Positions 8,614 through 18,400 of a stretch of 64,000 nucleotides of DNA are shown piece by piece (position 1 is the stretch's first letter; each line of letters begins with the position of its first letter). A program made the translations under genes and the position numbers. The stretch spans positions 9,940 through 73,939 of the forward strand of contig CAZVDH010000001.1 of NCBI GenBank assembly GCA_964625595.1, given 5' to 3'. A model generated the notes under the pieces. That model was not told the DNA's origin. It did no database searches and saw only the letters and a list, made by a program, of their open reading frames with translations. Source of the DNA: an uncultured Oscillospiraceae bacterium. Lineage in GTDB: Bacteria > Bacillota > Clostridia > Oscillospirales > Oscillospiraceae.

Positions 8614-9615
8614 ATGAAACTTACCAGAAGAATCGTGACGCTGGCCCTGACCCTTGTTCTGCTTGCCGGCGTACTGACCGTTCCCACCTTTGCCGCAGGA
8701 TACCAGATGTATGGAATCGGTTTTGTGACCGCCACCTCCCTGCGTCTGCGGCAGGAGCCGAACACCACTTCCAAAATTCTTGCTACCGCTCCCCGCGACG
8801 AGTGCGTTGTGGTAATCAGCAAGCAGGGCGATTGGTACAAGGTAAACTATAATCTGCAGGAAGGCTACATGCACGCCGATTACCTCAATGTAAAGACCGC
8901 CCGGAATGCGGAACTGGGCTACGGGAAAGTTACCGGAAGCTCCGTGAATCTGCGCTCCGGCCCCGGCACTTCTTACGCCGTTGTTGGCTCCGTAAAAAAA
9001 GGTGACACTTCCTGCTACATCATCGGCCTGAATAACGGCTGGTATAAGGTCATCACAGGCTCCAAAATCTGTTACATCCGCAGCGACTACCTGGAACTGA
9101 CCGAGATCCCCTACGAAAACAAGGCATCTTCCAACAGTCCCAAGTTTTTCCGCCTGGGCAATTCCACCGGCGTTGCTCCCAGCCCGGAGGCACTAAACGG
9201 AAGTTCCGGAAGCACCAATTCTTCTTCTCCCGCACAGCCCGGCGCTACCGGCAGTCAGATTCTCGCGAAAGCCCAGCAATATCTGGGCGTACCCTATGTC
9301 TACGGCGGGGCCAGCCCCAGCGGCTTTGACTGCTCCGGTTTTGTGTACTATGTTCTCAAGGAACTTGGTTACTCCCCTTACCGTACACCGGCGGATCAGT
9401 ATAAAATGGGCACCGCCGTTTCCAAGAGCAATCTTCAGCCCGGCGACATTGTGTTCTTCGCAAACACCTACGCCAGCGGTATCTCCCATGTGGGCATTTA
9501 CGCCGGAGACGGGCAGTTCATCCACGCACCCAATTCCCGCTCCGTTGTCTCCTACTCCAGCCTTACAAGCGGCTACTGGTCGGATCATTACTACGGCGCA
9601 AGGCGAATGAGTTAA
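8614..9615 (+). CDS. Secreted SH3b-SH3b-NlpC/P60 peptidoglycan endopeptidase
   Basis: Signal peptide, two SH3_3 repeats (LRLRQEP; VNLRSGPG), YVYGG..GFDCSG..HVGIY..FIHA catalytic motifs. Confidence 0.93.
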   Translation: MKLTRRIVTLALTLVLLAGVLTVPTFAAGYQMYGIGFVTATSLRLRQEPNTTSKILATAPRDECVVVISKQGDWYKVNYNLQEGYMHADYLNVKTARNAELGYGKVTGSSVNLRSGPGTSYAVVGSVKKGDTSCYIIGLNNGWYKVITGSKICYIRSDYLELTEIPYENKASSNSPKFFRLGNSTGVAPSPEALNGSSGSTNSSSPAQPGATGSQILAKAQQYLGVPYVYGGASPSGFDCSGFVYYVLKELGYSPYRTPADQYKMGTAVSKSNLQPGDIVFFANTYASGISHVGIYAGDGQFIHAPNSRSVVSYSSLTSGYWSDHYYGARRMS

Positions 9616-9625
9616 AGATAGACAA

Positions 9626-9661
9626 TCCCCTTGAAAGGACCCATTTCCTTTCAAGGGGATT
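9626..9661. terminator. Bidirectional terminator between convergent genes
   Basis: ATCCCCTTGAAAGG/CCTTTCAAGGGGAT. Confidence 0.75.
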
Positions 9662-9665
9662 CATT

Positions 9666-10166
9666 TTATTCTGTCGGGAGAAGTTCGTAAGCGATTCTGG
9701 GATCTCCGTTTTCCAGATAGATGATCCCGCACTCCCGAAAGCCATTACGGGCAATCCGTTCCCGCATGACATGATTATCCCGGTGTGTGTCGATCCGAAT
9801 ATGGGAACAGATTCCGGAGCAGAATGCGACTGCCGCTGTCAGAATGCCGCCGCTGCCATCAGACGCAATGCGGTGGATCGTACCATATGGCGTATTGCTG
9901 CACCATGCACCATCAATATATCCGTAAGTCGGGTCCTCCCCAAGGAGAAACGCGAAAACGCCGTGAATTGCGCCCTCCGTGGTTAAAACATAGAGATTCC
10001 CATCCTCTATGTCTTTTTTCAATGTCTTTTCCGGGGGACGGTCTTTCCCCCACTGATTGGGGTTTCCTGTCCGGGCCATGAATTCTCTGGCGCCGGAATA
10101 AATTGCCTGTATCGCATTCCAGTCCGTTATCTGTGCTTTCCGAATCCCGTATACCACGATCATCAC
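9666..10166 (-). CDS. GNAT-family N-acetyltransferase (start uncertain by a few codons)
   Basis: GNPNQW, IHRIAS, IRIDTH.DN..M..NGF.ECG motifs. Confidence 0.85.
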   Translation of the reverse strand: MMIVVYGIRKAQITDWNAIQAIYSGAREFMARTGNPNQWGKDRPPEKTLKKDIEDGNLYVLTTEGAIHGVFAFLLGEDPTYGYIDGAWCSNTPYGTIHRIASDGSGGILTAAVAFCSGICSHIRIDTHRDNHVMRERIARNGFRECGIIYLENGDPRIAYELLPTE

Positions 10167-10234
10167 CTGTTTCTGAAAGAATCAAACAGAAAATTATGTT
10201 TCTTTCTCATTCTGTTTCCTTTAATTTGATTTGT

Positions 10235-10263
10235 GAATTACAAAACGCCCAGCGGGCATACTA
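10235..10263 (+). promoter_or_regulatory. sigG-type promoter of spoVAD-spoVAE
   Basis: GAATT-N17-CATACTA; spoVA operons are known sigG targets. Confidence 0.65.
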
Positions 10264-10294
10264 CCATGGAAACCAAACAAAAGAAGGTGAATCC

Positions 10295-11320
10295 ATGGCA
10301 AAAAACAAACGGGGACGCAGCAGCTTTCTTCTGCCCTCCCAGCCGGTAATCACAGCCTGGGCCAGCGTCGCCGGAAAAAAAGAGGGACAGGGCCCTCTGG
10401 CCCATACCTTTGATATAACCTCCCAGGACCCCTATTTCGGTCAAAAGACCTGGGAGCAGGCGGAGAAAGTCATGCAGCAGACTGCAATCAATACGCTCCT
10501 GAAAAAAGCGGCGCTGAAAGAGGATGATCTGGATCTCGTTTTCTCCGGAGACCTGCTGAATCAGTGTATCGGCTCTTCTTTCAGCCTGCGTAATACCGGC
10601 ATTCCCCACCTGGGATTGTACGGTGCCTGTTCCACCATGGCAGAAAGCCTGCTGGCATCCTCCATGGCAGTAGACGGCGGGTATGCAGACCGGGTTGCGG
10701 CACTGACCTCGTCCCACTTTGCTTCCTCGGAACGGCAATACCGTTTCCCTCTGGGATACGGCGGGCAGAGAACCCCAACAGCCCAATGGACCGTCACAGG
10801 CTCCGGTGCGGCACTGGTATGCAGCCAGGGAAAAGGCCCTGTCATTACTGCCTGTACCGTCGGAACCGTTACGGATCTCGGGATCAAGGACGCGAACAAT
10901 ATGGGCGCCGCAATGGCGCCAGCAGCCTTTGATACCATCCGGCGGCATTTTGAGGACCTGGGGGTAGGCCCGGAGGAATACGACCTGATCGTAACGGGAG
11001 ATCTGGGTCAGCTGGGTAAGGAACTGCTCTTAGAGCTCGCACGAAAAGATGGACTGAGCCTAGGCGGAAAGCTGGCAGACTGCGGCACTCTGGTCTTTGA
11101 CAATACCACGCAGGATGTCCATGCCGGAGGTTCCGGCTGTGGCTGCAGTGCCATTACCCTGTGCGGATACCTTCTGGGTGAGCTGAAAAAAGGAAAACTG
11201 AAGAAGCTCCTGTTCTGCGGAACCGGCGCACTTCTCTCCCCTACCTCAACTCAGCAGGGACTTCCCATACCGGGCGTGTGTCACGCGGTGGCAATCGCCC
11301 AATCCAGCGAAAGGCAGTGA
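10295..11320 (+). CDS. spoVAD: Stage V sporulation protein AD
   Basis: GDLLNQC, GACST, SSHF..ERQYRFP, TAQWTVTG, NMGAAMAPAA, GGSGCGC, PGVCHAV. Confidence 0.97.
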   Translation: MAKNKRGRSSFLLPSQPVITAWASVAGKKEGQGPLAHTFDITSQDPYFGQKTWEQAEKVMQQTAINTLLKKAALKEDDLDLVFSGDLLNQCIGSSFSLRNTGIPHLGLYGACSTMAESLLASSMAVDGGYADRVAALTSSHFASSERQYRFPLGYGGQRTPTAQWTVTGSGAALVCSQGKGPVITACTVGTVTDLGIKDANNMGAAMAPAAFDTIRRHFEDLGVGPEEYDLIVTGDLGQLGKELLLELARKDGLSLGGKLADCGTLVFDNTTQDVHAGGSGCGCSAITLCGYLLGELKKGKLKKLLFCGTGALLSPTSTQQGLPIPGVCHAVAIAQSSERQ

Positions 11321-11324
11321 GCAC

Positions 11325-11681
11325 ATGGACTATTTGAAAGCATTTCTGGTTGGCGGGTTCCTCTGTCTGATCGGTCAAATCCTCATTGATAAAACAAAAC
11401 TGACCCCCGCAAGGATCCTGGTTTCCTATGTGGTGGCAGGCGTTATTTTGGGAGCGGTAGGCGTATACAAGCCTCTGGTTGAATTCGCGGGCGCGGGCGC
11501 ATCCGTCCCTCTCACCGGATTTGGGTACACCCTTTCCAAAGGGGTTCGGGAAGCCGTGGATAAGGATGGTTTCCTGGGAATCTTCACAGGCGGGCTGAAA
11601 GCAACGGCAGGCGGAATCACCGCTGCGGTATTTGCGGGACTTCTTGCCAGTCTTCTTTTTAAGGCGAAGGATAAATCCTGA
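11325..11681 (+). CDS. spoVAE: Stage V sporulation protein AE (SpoVAEb)
   Basis: YLKAFLVGG..LTPARILV..FAGAGASVPLTGFG. Confidence 0.95.
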   Translation: MDYLKAFLVGGFLCLIGQILIDKTKLTPARILVSYVVAGVILGAVGVYKPLVEFAGAGASVPLTGFGYTLSKGVREAVDKDGFLGIFTGGLKATAGGITAAVFAGLLASLLFKAKDKS

Positions 11682-11697
11682 GATACTGGGCATGCTA
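11669..11697 (+). promoter_or_regulatory. sigG-type promoter for the Asn/Gln-rich small ORF
   Basis: GGATA-N17-CATGCTA. Confidence 0.55.
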
Positions 11698-11741
11698 GAA
11701 CCGCGGAAATTCCGCAAAAAAGCTACGGAGGAAAGAAAACT

Positions 11742-11867
11742 ATGAATAACCAGAATCGGAACCAGAATCAGCAGCAGAATCAGAATAAGACCCAGAATCA
11801 GAACCAGCAGCAGAAGCAGAACGAGAATCAGAACAACCGCACGCAGAACAACTGCGAGGACCGCTGA
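11742..11867 (+). CDS. 41-aa Asn/Gln-rich small protein (candidate spore storage peptide)
   Basis: Below the ORF-track cutoff. SD GGAGG; MNNQNRNQNQQQNQNKTQNQNQQQKQNENQNNRTQNNCEDR; own promoter and terminator. Confidence 0.8.
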   Translation: MNNQNRNQNQQQNQNKTQNQNQQQKQNENQNNRTQNNCEDR

Positions 11868-11874
11868 ACATCCG

Positions 11875-11908
11875 CTCCCACCCGAAAACCGGGTGGGAGC
11901 ATTTTATA
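11875..11908 (+). terminator. Intrinsic terminator
   Basis: GCTCCCACCCG/CGGGTGGGAGC followed by ATTTTAT. Confidence 0.8.
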
Positions 11909-11943
11909 TTGGCAGGTAAAACTCGGCTGTGCCAGCGGCAGTC

Positions 11944-14900
11944 CTACAGTCTGATAAACCGATTCAGGGAGAAGAAGTAAAGGTACTTCTCCCGCACGGG
12001 CTTCCGGTAGATTTTTTCCAGAGCGGCAGCATAGGTTTCCACCTGGCTTCGGTAGCGCTCGGCCACGGCGCACACTGTCTTTTCCGTTACATGGTCCGTC
12101 TTAAAGTCCAGAACAACAATACCGTCTTCTTCCAGCAAGGCACAGTCCACAACACCCTGCATAAGCACCTGTTCCCCCTCAAGCCCGGCGCCAAATTCTT
12201 CCCCGGGTTCCAGAATGGAGAACTTGAACTCCCGCAGGCACTTCGCGCCGGATCGTAGTTTTTTGCCGATGGGGGTTTCAAAGAACGCGGCGATCTGGCA
12301 GCAGTCAACAAGGGCCCCCTGGTCAGGTGTCAGGCAGCCGTTTTCCACCAGGCGGGCAACTTCTCCGGAAACCCCCGTTTCTCCGCTGCAGCATTCAAAA
12401 CGCAGGTACTGCATGGCCGCATGGATGGCGCTGCCTCGGGTAAGGCTGTCCGCACTGCCCCCCAGAAAGGACGGGCGGCGGTAGGGTCTGGGATAAAAAG
12501 ATTTGGCGCGGGTGTCCTCGGCGGCCTCTTCATCCTTTTCCCGGCCCTTTTTGCCCGTTGCCGTCTGTTTGGAGGGCGCACGGGTGGCTTCCTCATGGGG
12601 GTATTGAAAGGAAAGTCCACCGCGAAGAATCTCTTCGCTGCCCGGGGGCAAGGGGATGCTTGCTTCCTGTAAAACGGTTCCGTCTGTTTCCTGCCGAACG
12701 CCCTGACATACACGGATCGTCCAGGGATGCCCGTCAAAGCGTGTCTGTCCCGGGCTTCCGCCCAACGCATGAAGCGCTCCCGCGTCGGTGCGTCCCATTG
12801 CAGCGGTAAGCACCCATTCACCCGGACAGTCCGCCTCCCGGCACAGCCCTGCCCCGCCGTCCATTGGCAGACGGCAGGCAATTTCCCGAAGCTTGCTTTC
12901 CAGCCTTTTCGCGGCAAAGGTCATAACCAGCCGGTCTCTTGCCCGGGTCATGGCAACATATAAAACCCGAAGCTCCTCACTTACGCTTTCCCGTTCCGTT
13001 TTTGCGGCGATTGCGCGGCGGGCCAAAGAGGGGTAACGCACCCGCAGTCCGGTATCCGCTACATTAAGGCCCAGTCCCAGCTCGGGATCACACAGCACCT
13101 GCTCACGCAGATCCTCCCGGTTAAACTTCCGGGCAAGACCGCAGAGAAATACTACGGGAAACTCCAGACCTTTGGACCTGTGAATACTCATGATGGTAAC
13201 GCAGCCTGTTCCGCCGCCGGAAGCTGCCGGAACACCGCTGGTCTGCAGATTATCCAGATGCTCCAAAAACTGTCCCAGAGAGCGAACACCGCCTGCTTCA
13301 TACCCGGCAGCAAACTGGAAAAACTGCCGCAGATTTTCTTTCTTGGCTTCTCCGCCGGGCATAGCGGCATACAGACTGTCTATCCGGGTGAGAGAAAAGC
13401 ATTTATTGATCAGGGAGGTCAGCGTCCCCCGCCGGGCTTCCTGGCGGAGAGCTTCCAGGGCAGTAAGAAACGGTTCCGCTTTCTCAGTGTGGGAGGCTAT
13501 CAACGCGTCATAGAAGCTGCCCTTTGTCCGCCCGCTGCGAACCTGAGCCAGGTCCTCTGCCGTAAAGCCGAAAACCGGACTTGCCAGTGTACTGACAAGG
13601 GGAATATCCTGCCTGGGATTAGCGACAGTGCGCAGCAGATCCCGCAGGTTCTCCACCTCCCGGGTCTGCAGCAGATCCATTCCGCCGCCAATAACGCAGC
13701 GGATTCCCTCTGCTTCCAGTGCGCTCTGAAACTCGTTTCCGACGGAACCGGGAGAGCGAAGAAGGATCACCGCGTCCTCCGCTTCCATGGGCCGCAGAGA
13801 ATCACCGCTGCGGATCATGGTTTTCCCGATCATATTTTTCAGACGCCGGGCAACAAATGCCGCTTCCTCCGCATAGGAATCCTCATCCGTCTCCAAAGCA
13901 TACAGCTCCACACCGGGGTCCGGCAGGGCAACGTGGGGCACGCCCTCCCGAAGCGCTTCCGCATCGGTGTATTGCAGGCCGCCGACGGTTGGTGACATGC
14001 ACACGGAAAACACATCGTTGACAGCAGCGATCACCTCGCCGCCGGAGCGGAAATTGTGACTGAGAAGAACCTTTCGCTCCGGCCCCGGGGAACCGGAGGA
14101 AACTTCCGCAAAGGATTTGTACTTTTCCAGGAAAATGCCAGGGTCCGCCAGGCGGAACCGGTAGATGGACTGTTTTACGTCGCCTACCAGAAAACAATTC
14201 CGTCGCTCGGCAGTGAGAATAGAGAAGATGGCGTCCTGAACAGCATTGGAGTCCTGGTACTCATCCACCAGCACCTCACGGTAACGCTGTGCGATCTCCC
14301 GGGCTGCGGCTGTAGCGCCGCTGCGGCTTTTCCCCATCAGAAGATCCAGCGTCCGGTGCTCCAGATCGCCAAAGTCCAGGATCCGGCGGCTGCGCTTTGC
14401 CTGACTGTAGTCATGAGAAAACTGCCGAACCAGGTGGATCAGTCCCCGGACAGCAGGGGAAACTTTTTCCATATCATCCAGCAGCTCCCGGGAGTCTCCC
14501 GAAAAGCCGCGCTGCTTTTTCTTCAGGCCATCCTTGCAGGCATCCCGCACCGCCTTGATCCGTTCCGTCAGCTCCTGGTCCGGATTTTTTCGGGGAAACC
14601 GCAGGGTACCAAAGTCAATATCCAGGCGGCGGACCGCATCATCCCAGCTTTCGCTCTGACGAAGATCCGTAAGCTGCAGGATGGTAACGGAGAGATTCTG
14701 GGACACCTTTTCAAATTCCGGAACCCGGTCCGCCGCTTCCAGACATTTGGAAAGGGCCTGAATATGTCCATCCAGAAAGAGCTTCAGATCCGAAAGGAGG
14801 AACTGCCCCCAGGCAGTCCCGGATATATCCGTTCCTGCCTCAAGCTTGGCGGAAGAAACACACTTATCCAGCCACATTTCCGGATCCAGGTGACAACGGG

Positions 14901-15450
14901 CGCTGTCAAAGACCTTGAAGATGAGGTCCGGCAGGCCCCTGTCATCCCGCCCAAGGCCCTGGGTATCCGCAAAGGCCCGGAAGTCCGGGTCTTCTCCCAG
15001 CTCTTCGTAGGCCCGGTCCAGGGTGTCAGCGAGAACAGCGCTGCGAAGCTCCCCGGTTTCCGTTTCGTCTGCCACCCGAAAATCCGGGGCAATATCCAGG
15101 CGATAGGCGTACTCCCGCAGGATTTGGGCGCAAAAGCCGTGGACCGTGGAGATCTGGGTCAGATACAGCCGCTGGAGCTGCTTCTGTAGGTGGCGGTTCT
15201 CCGGTTCGGCTGCGATCCGGGCAGTCAGCTCCGCTCCGATTTTTCCCCGCAGTTCCGATGCGGCAGCCTTGGTATAGGTAATAATCAGAAAATCGTCCAG
15301 TTGAGCAGGCGCGGACATGTCCGTAAGGTAGCACAGCAGCCGCTCAACCAGCACCCTGGTTTTGCCGGAACCGGCGGCTGCACTGACCAGTAGCTTTCCG
15401 CCCCGGTCCGTTGCCGCTATGCGCTGCTGAGGGGTCAGTTCATTCAGCAT
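11944..15450 (-). CDS. addA: ATP-dependent helicase/nuclease subunit A
   Basis: AAAGSGKT, DEYQD, VGDVKQSIYRFR, SIHRSKGLEF, YVAMTRA, C-terminal PD-(D/E)xK (GVVD..LDFKT). Confidence 0.96.
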   Translation of the reverse strand: MLNELTPQQRIAATDRGGKLLVSAAAGSGKTRVLVERLLCYLTDMSAPAQLDDFLIITYTKAAASELRGKIGAELTARIAAEPENRHLQKQLQRLYLTQISTVHGFCAQILREYAYRLDIAPDFRVADETETGELRSAVLADTLDRAYEELGEDPDFRAFADTQGLGRDDRGLPDLIFKVFDSARCHLDPEMWLDKCVSSAKLEAGTDISGTAWGQFLLSDLKLFLDGHIQALSKCLEAADRVPEFEKVSQNLSVTILQLTDLRQSESWDDAVRRLDIDFGTLRFPRKNPDQELTERIKAVRDACKDGLKKKQRGFSGDSRELLDDMEKVSPAVRGLIHLVRQFSHDYSQAKRSRRILDFGDLEHRTLDLLMGKSRSGATAAAREIAQRYREVLVDEYQDSNAVQDAIFSILTAERRNCFLVGDVKQSIYRFRLADPGIFLEKYKSFAEVSSGSPGPERKVLLSHNFRSGGEVIAAVNDVFSVCMSPTVGGLQYTDAEALREGVPHVALPDPGVELYALETDEDSYAEEAAFVARRLKNMIGKTMIRSGDSLRPMEAEDAVILLRSPGSVGNEFQSALEAEGIRCVIGGGMDLLQTREVENLRDLLRTVANPRQDIPLVSTLASPVFGFTAEDLAQVRSGRTKGSFYDALIASHTEKAEPFLTALEALRQEARRGTLTSLINKCFSLTRIDSLYAAMPGGEAKKENLRQFFQFAAGYEAGGVRSLGQFLEHLDNLQTSGVPAASGGGTGCVTIMSIHRSKGLEFPVVFLCGLARKFNREDLREQVLCDPELGLGLNVADTGLRVRYPSLARRAIAAKTERESVSEELRVLYVAMTRARDRLVMTFAAKRLESKLREIACRLPMDGGAGLCREADCPGEWVLTAAMGRTDAGALHALGGSPGQTRFDGHPWTIRVCQGVRQETDGTVLQEASIPLPPGSEEILRGGLSFQYPHEEATRAPSKQTATGKKGREKDEEAAEDTRAKSFYPRPYRRPSFLGGSADSLTRGSAIHAAMQYLRFECCSGETGVSGEVARLVENGCLTPDQGALVDCCQIAAFFETPIGKKLRSGAKCLREFKFSILEPGEEFGAGLEGEQVLMQGVVDCALLEEDGIVVLDFKTDHVTEKTVCAVAERYRSQVETYAAALEKIYRKPVREKYLYFFSLNRFIRL

Positions 15451-18400
15451 CCTTGCCCATCTCCTTTCCGATCTCTTCCCAGAACCGCTGCGCGGTCATT
15501 GTCTTGTAGTTTCTTCTGCCCGGCACCTCATCTTTGTGACACACACCGCCGTAGGGGCAGAACTGACAGGCATCGTGGGAAGTACCCCGGCAATAAGGAT
15601 TCGGCTCCACGATCCCGGCGGCAATGTCTTCCACAAGCTTTTTGAGCACACGGAAAATGTATCCCTCCAGAAGCTTCAGCTGATCCCTGTCTGCCAGGTC
15701 TCCCTGAACCGTACCATCCTTTTTTATCTTAAAACTGCGGCTTGGGTTTTCCCCTGGCTCCATAGCATGCAGGACCGCCTCGTCGTTCAGAAGAAGTCCC
15801 TTTCTCTTCCATTTATCCAGCCGTTCCCGATCCGCTTCCTCCGGATCCGGTTTCCCGTCCAGAGACAGATAGGGAGCCCGGGCAGGAAAGTATTGGACTC
15901 CGGCAGGAACAGGGGTTTGCCCCAAAACATCACTGCCGCTGTGCTTCAGCGCGAACAGATACAGAAGCATCTGCAATCCCACGCCGTTGAACACATCACA
16001 GTAGTCAAAATCCTTTTTCCCCGTCTTGTAGTCCACCACCCGGTAATAGCATGTATTGCCGCTGTCCCATACATCCACACGGTCCACAAAGCCCCGGAGA
16101 ATGGCCTGAATCCTTTCGTTTGGAATCGGGATTGGGGGAAGTCCGTCCTCCCCGCCGAAATTTACCTCAAAGTCTCTTGGGGAAAAGGCGGATTGGGAAA
16201 GCTCCGTCCACAGTTCCTCCACCACCATATCCAGCTCCCGCAGATTCCGGCGGAAAAGGTACTGCACCCGCTGGGAGGCAAGGGGCCCAAAACGGGCCCT
16301 GGCATAGCTGTCGGAAAAATCATGGGCTATGGAAAGGGTCTGTTCCAGGCTGACCTGGTGGAACCCCCCCATATCCCGGATGCACCGCGCGGTATTTTCC
16401 AACACGGCGTGGACATAGGTCCCAAACTCCGCCGGGTCCACGGCAGCTTCTTTCCGCTCCCTTGCCCGCAGTCCGTATTTCAGGAAGTATTGCAGACGGC
16501 ACTCCGCCTGGGTGTCGATCTGGGACGCGGAAAGGTTCAGTGTCTCACCGTACAGCCCCCGAATCCCATCCGCAGAAACCGTTCCCAGACTGTGGGACGC
16601 CCTGCGGCGAATGGACTGATAATCCGGGTATAATCCCAGCTCCCCAGCGGTTTGTTCCGCATTCCGCGCCGCAAGCCACGCGGCGGCTTCGCCGGGATCC
16701 GCAGCAGAAAACTCCATGACGGTGTCAGCCTGTACGCTTCCGCCCGCAAGGCTCTCCAAACGGCGAAACAGAAAGGATGGCTGCTGGGAAGAGCAGAATA
16801 CCTCCACCGTTTCCTCCGCGCCGCAGAACACACCGTAGATTTCCGCAAATTCCGCCTGGATTCCCTCCATAGCGCCGCCGGTAAGGGGTACGCCCAGTGC
16901 CCGGAGGGCAACCCTTTCCTGATCCGTAAGCAGTCCGACAGAACCGGAGTAACCGGGCAGCTTTCCTTCCTCGGCTCCCAGTACCAGAAGATGCTTTTCC
17001 TTGTGGCAGCGCATGGCGGACACCGGTCCCATCTGTACCGCATCCAGCACCGGCGGAATCGTTCCCACATCATACTGGCTCAGCAGCAGCCGGAGAAGCC
17101 GGGTAAAATGCTCGGTTTCCCAGTGGGTATCCCCCAGGACATCGTACAGCTGCTCCAACGCAGACAAAAGAATCTCCCAGAGCTGACCAAGGATCTGGGC
17201 ATTCCGGTCGTCTTCCTCCGCTTCCAGGACCCGGGAAAGGGCTTCCAGCCTGGTTTCCAGACCGATTTCTTCCAGAAACGCATACAGTGCCAGCACCTGT
17301 TCCCGCAGAGCGGACGCGCTCTGAAGCCCCTGACGAAGATGCTCCAAGGGCGTTATTGCCAAAGCCCGGGCTTCATTCAGGGATTGCAGGCGAAGCTGGG
17401 ACGGTTCATCCCACACACCGGACAGGCCGTCCGGATGAAACGCCCAGTCTGCAAGCCACTGGTTACCCCGGATATTCCAGACCACCGCATAGTTTTCCAC
17501 CAGGTCACAGGTGTCCTGATCCAGCGGTGACAGGGCGGAACGAAGATATTCCAGAACGCTTTTCCTGTCGAAACCGCTGACGGCTGCATCCAAAGCGGTC
17601 AGCACCGTGCAGATCACGTTCTTCTGCATGATGTCTTCTGTCCCCGAGCGGTAAAGGGGAATATGCAGCCGTTCGAAAACCTGTTCCAGAACAGGCTGGT
17701 AGGCCGCCATGTCAGTTACCACCAGGGTAATATCCCGGTAGCGGCAGCCCTCCATGACAAGTGACCTTACCCGCTGCCCCGCCGCAAGGCACTCCTGCCA
17801 GACGGAACCGGCGTAAACCGTACTGAGGTGGTCACGGAGGATTCCCTCCCGTATGGTGCCCTGAAAGAGATTGCTTCGCAGAGGGAGCAACGGGACATTA
17901 CGTTCCCGAATTGTCTCGATATGCACTTCCACGCCTGCCCGCCGGGCACACCGCAGAAGCTCACCAGCCGTATCCCCCGCTTTTTCAAAGGCAAGAAGCC
18001 GGGAGTTGGGGACATCACAGTTAATACTCACGGTCACATCGGGACTGAGGCGAATCAGGCATTCCAGAATGGCAAAATGCTGCCGGGTAAAATCCGGAAA
18101 GCCTTCTATGTAAAATACATGGTCCTGTGCAAAGCTTCCCTCCTCCAGCCGTTCCAGCAGCCAGGTCATCTGATCCCTTGGGTCCCGTTTTCCCCGGACA
18201 CAGAGAGCGTCATATCCACCCATCAGCAGAGAAAGCTCCTCCAGCTTCTGAGCAAGGCTTCCCTCCGTCATTTCCGACGCGTGAAGCAGATCCTCCGGGC
18301 TGATACAGCACCGTTTGAATTCATCCACCGCTTCAATGAGCTTTTCCAGGAATTCCGGCTTCGTTTCCACCGAGGCGTAGGCTTTCAGGCGGCTGGCAAG

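Noticed and set aside
11742-11850. CAGAAY tandem repeats as a possible CRISPR array or microsatellite
   Set aside because: No constant 25-40-nt repeat with unique spacers and no cas genes. The repeats are in-frame codons of an ORF with SD and terminator.
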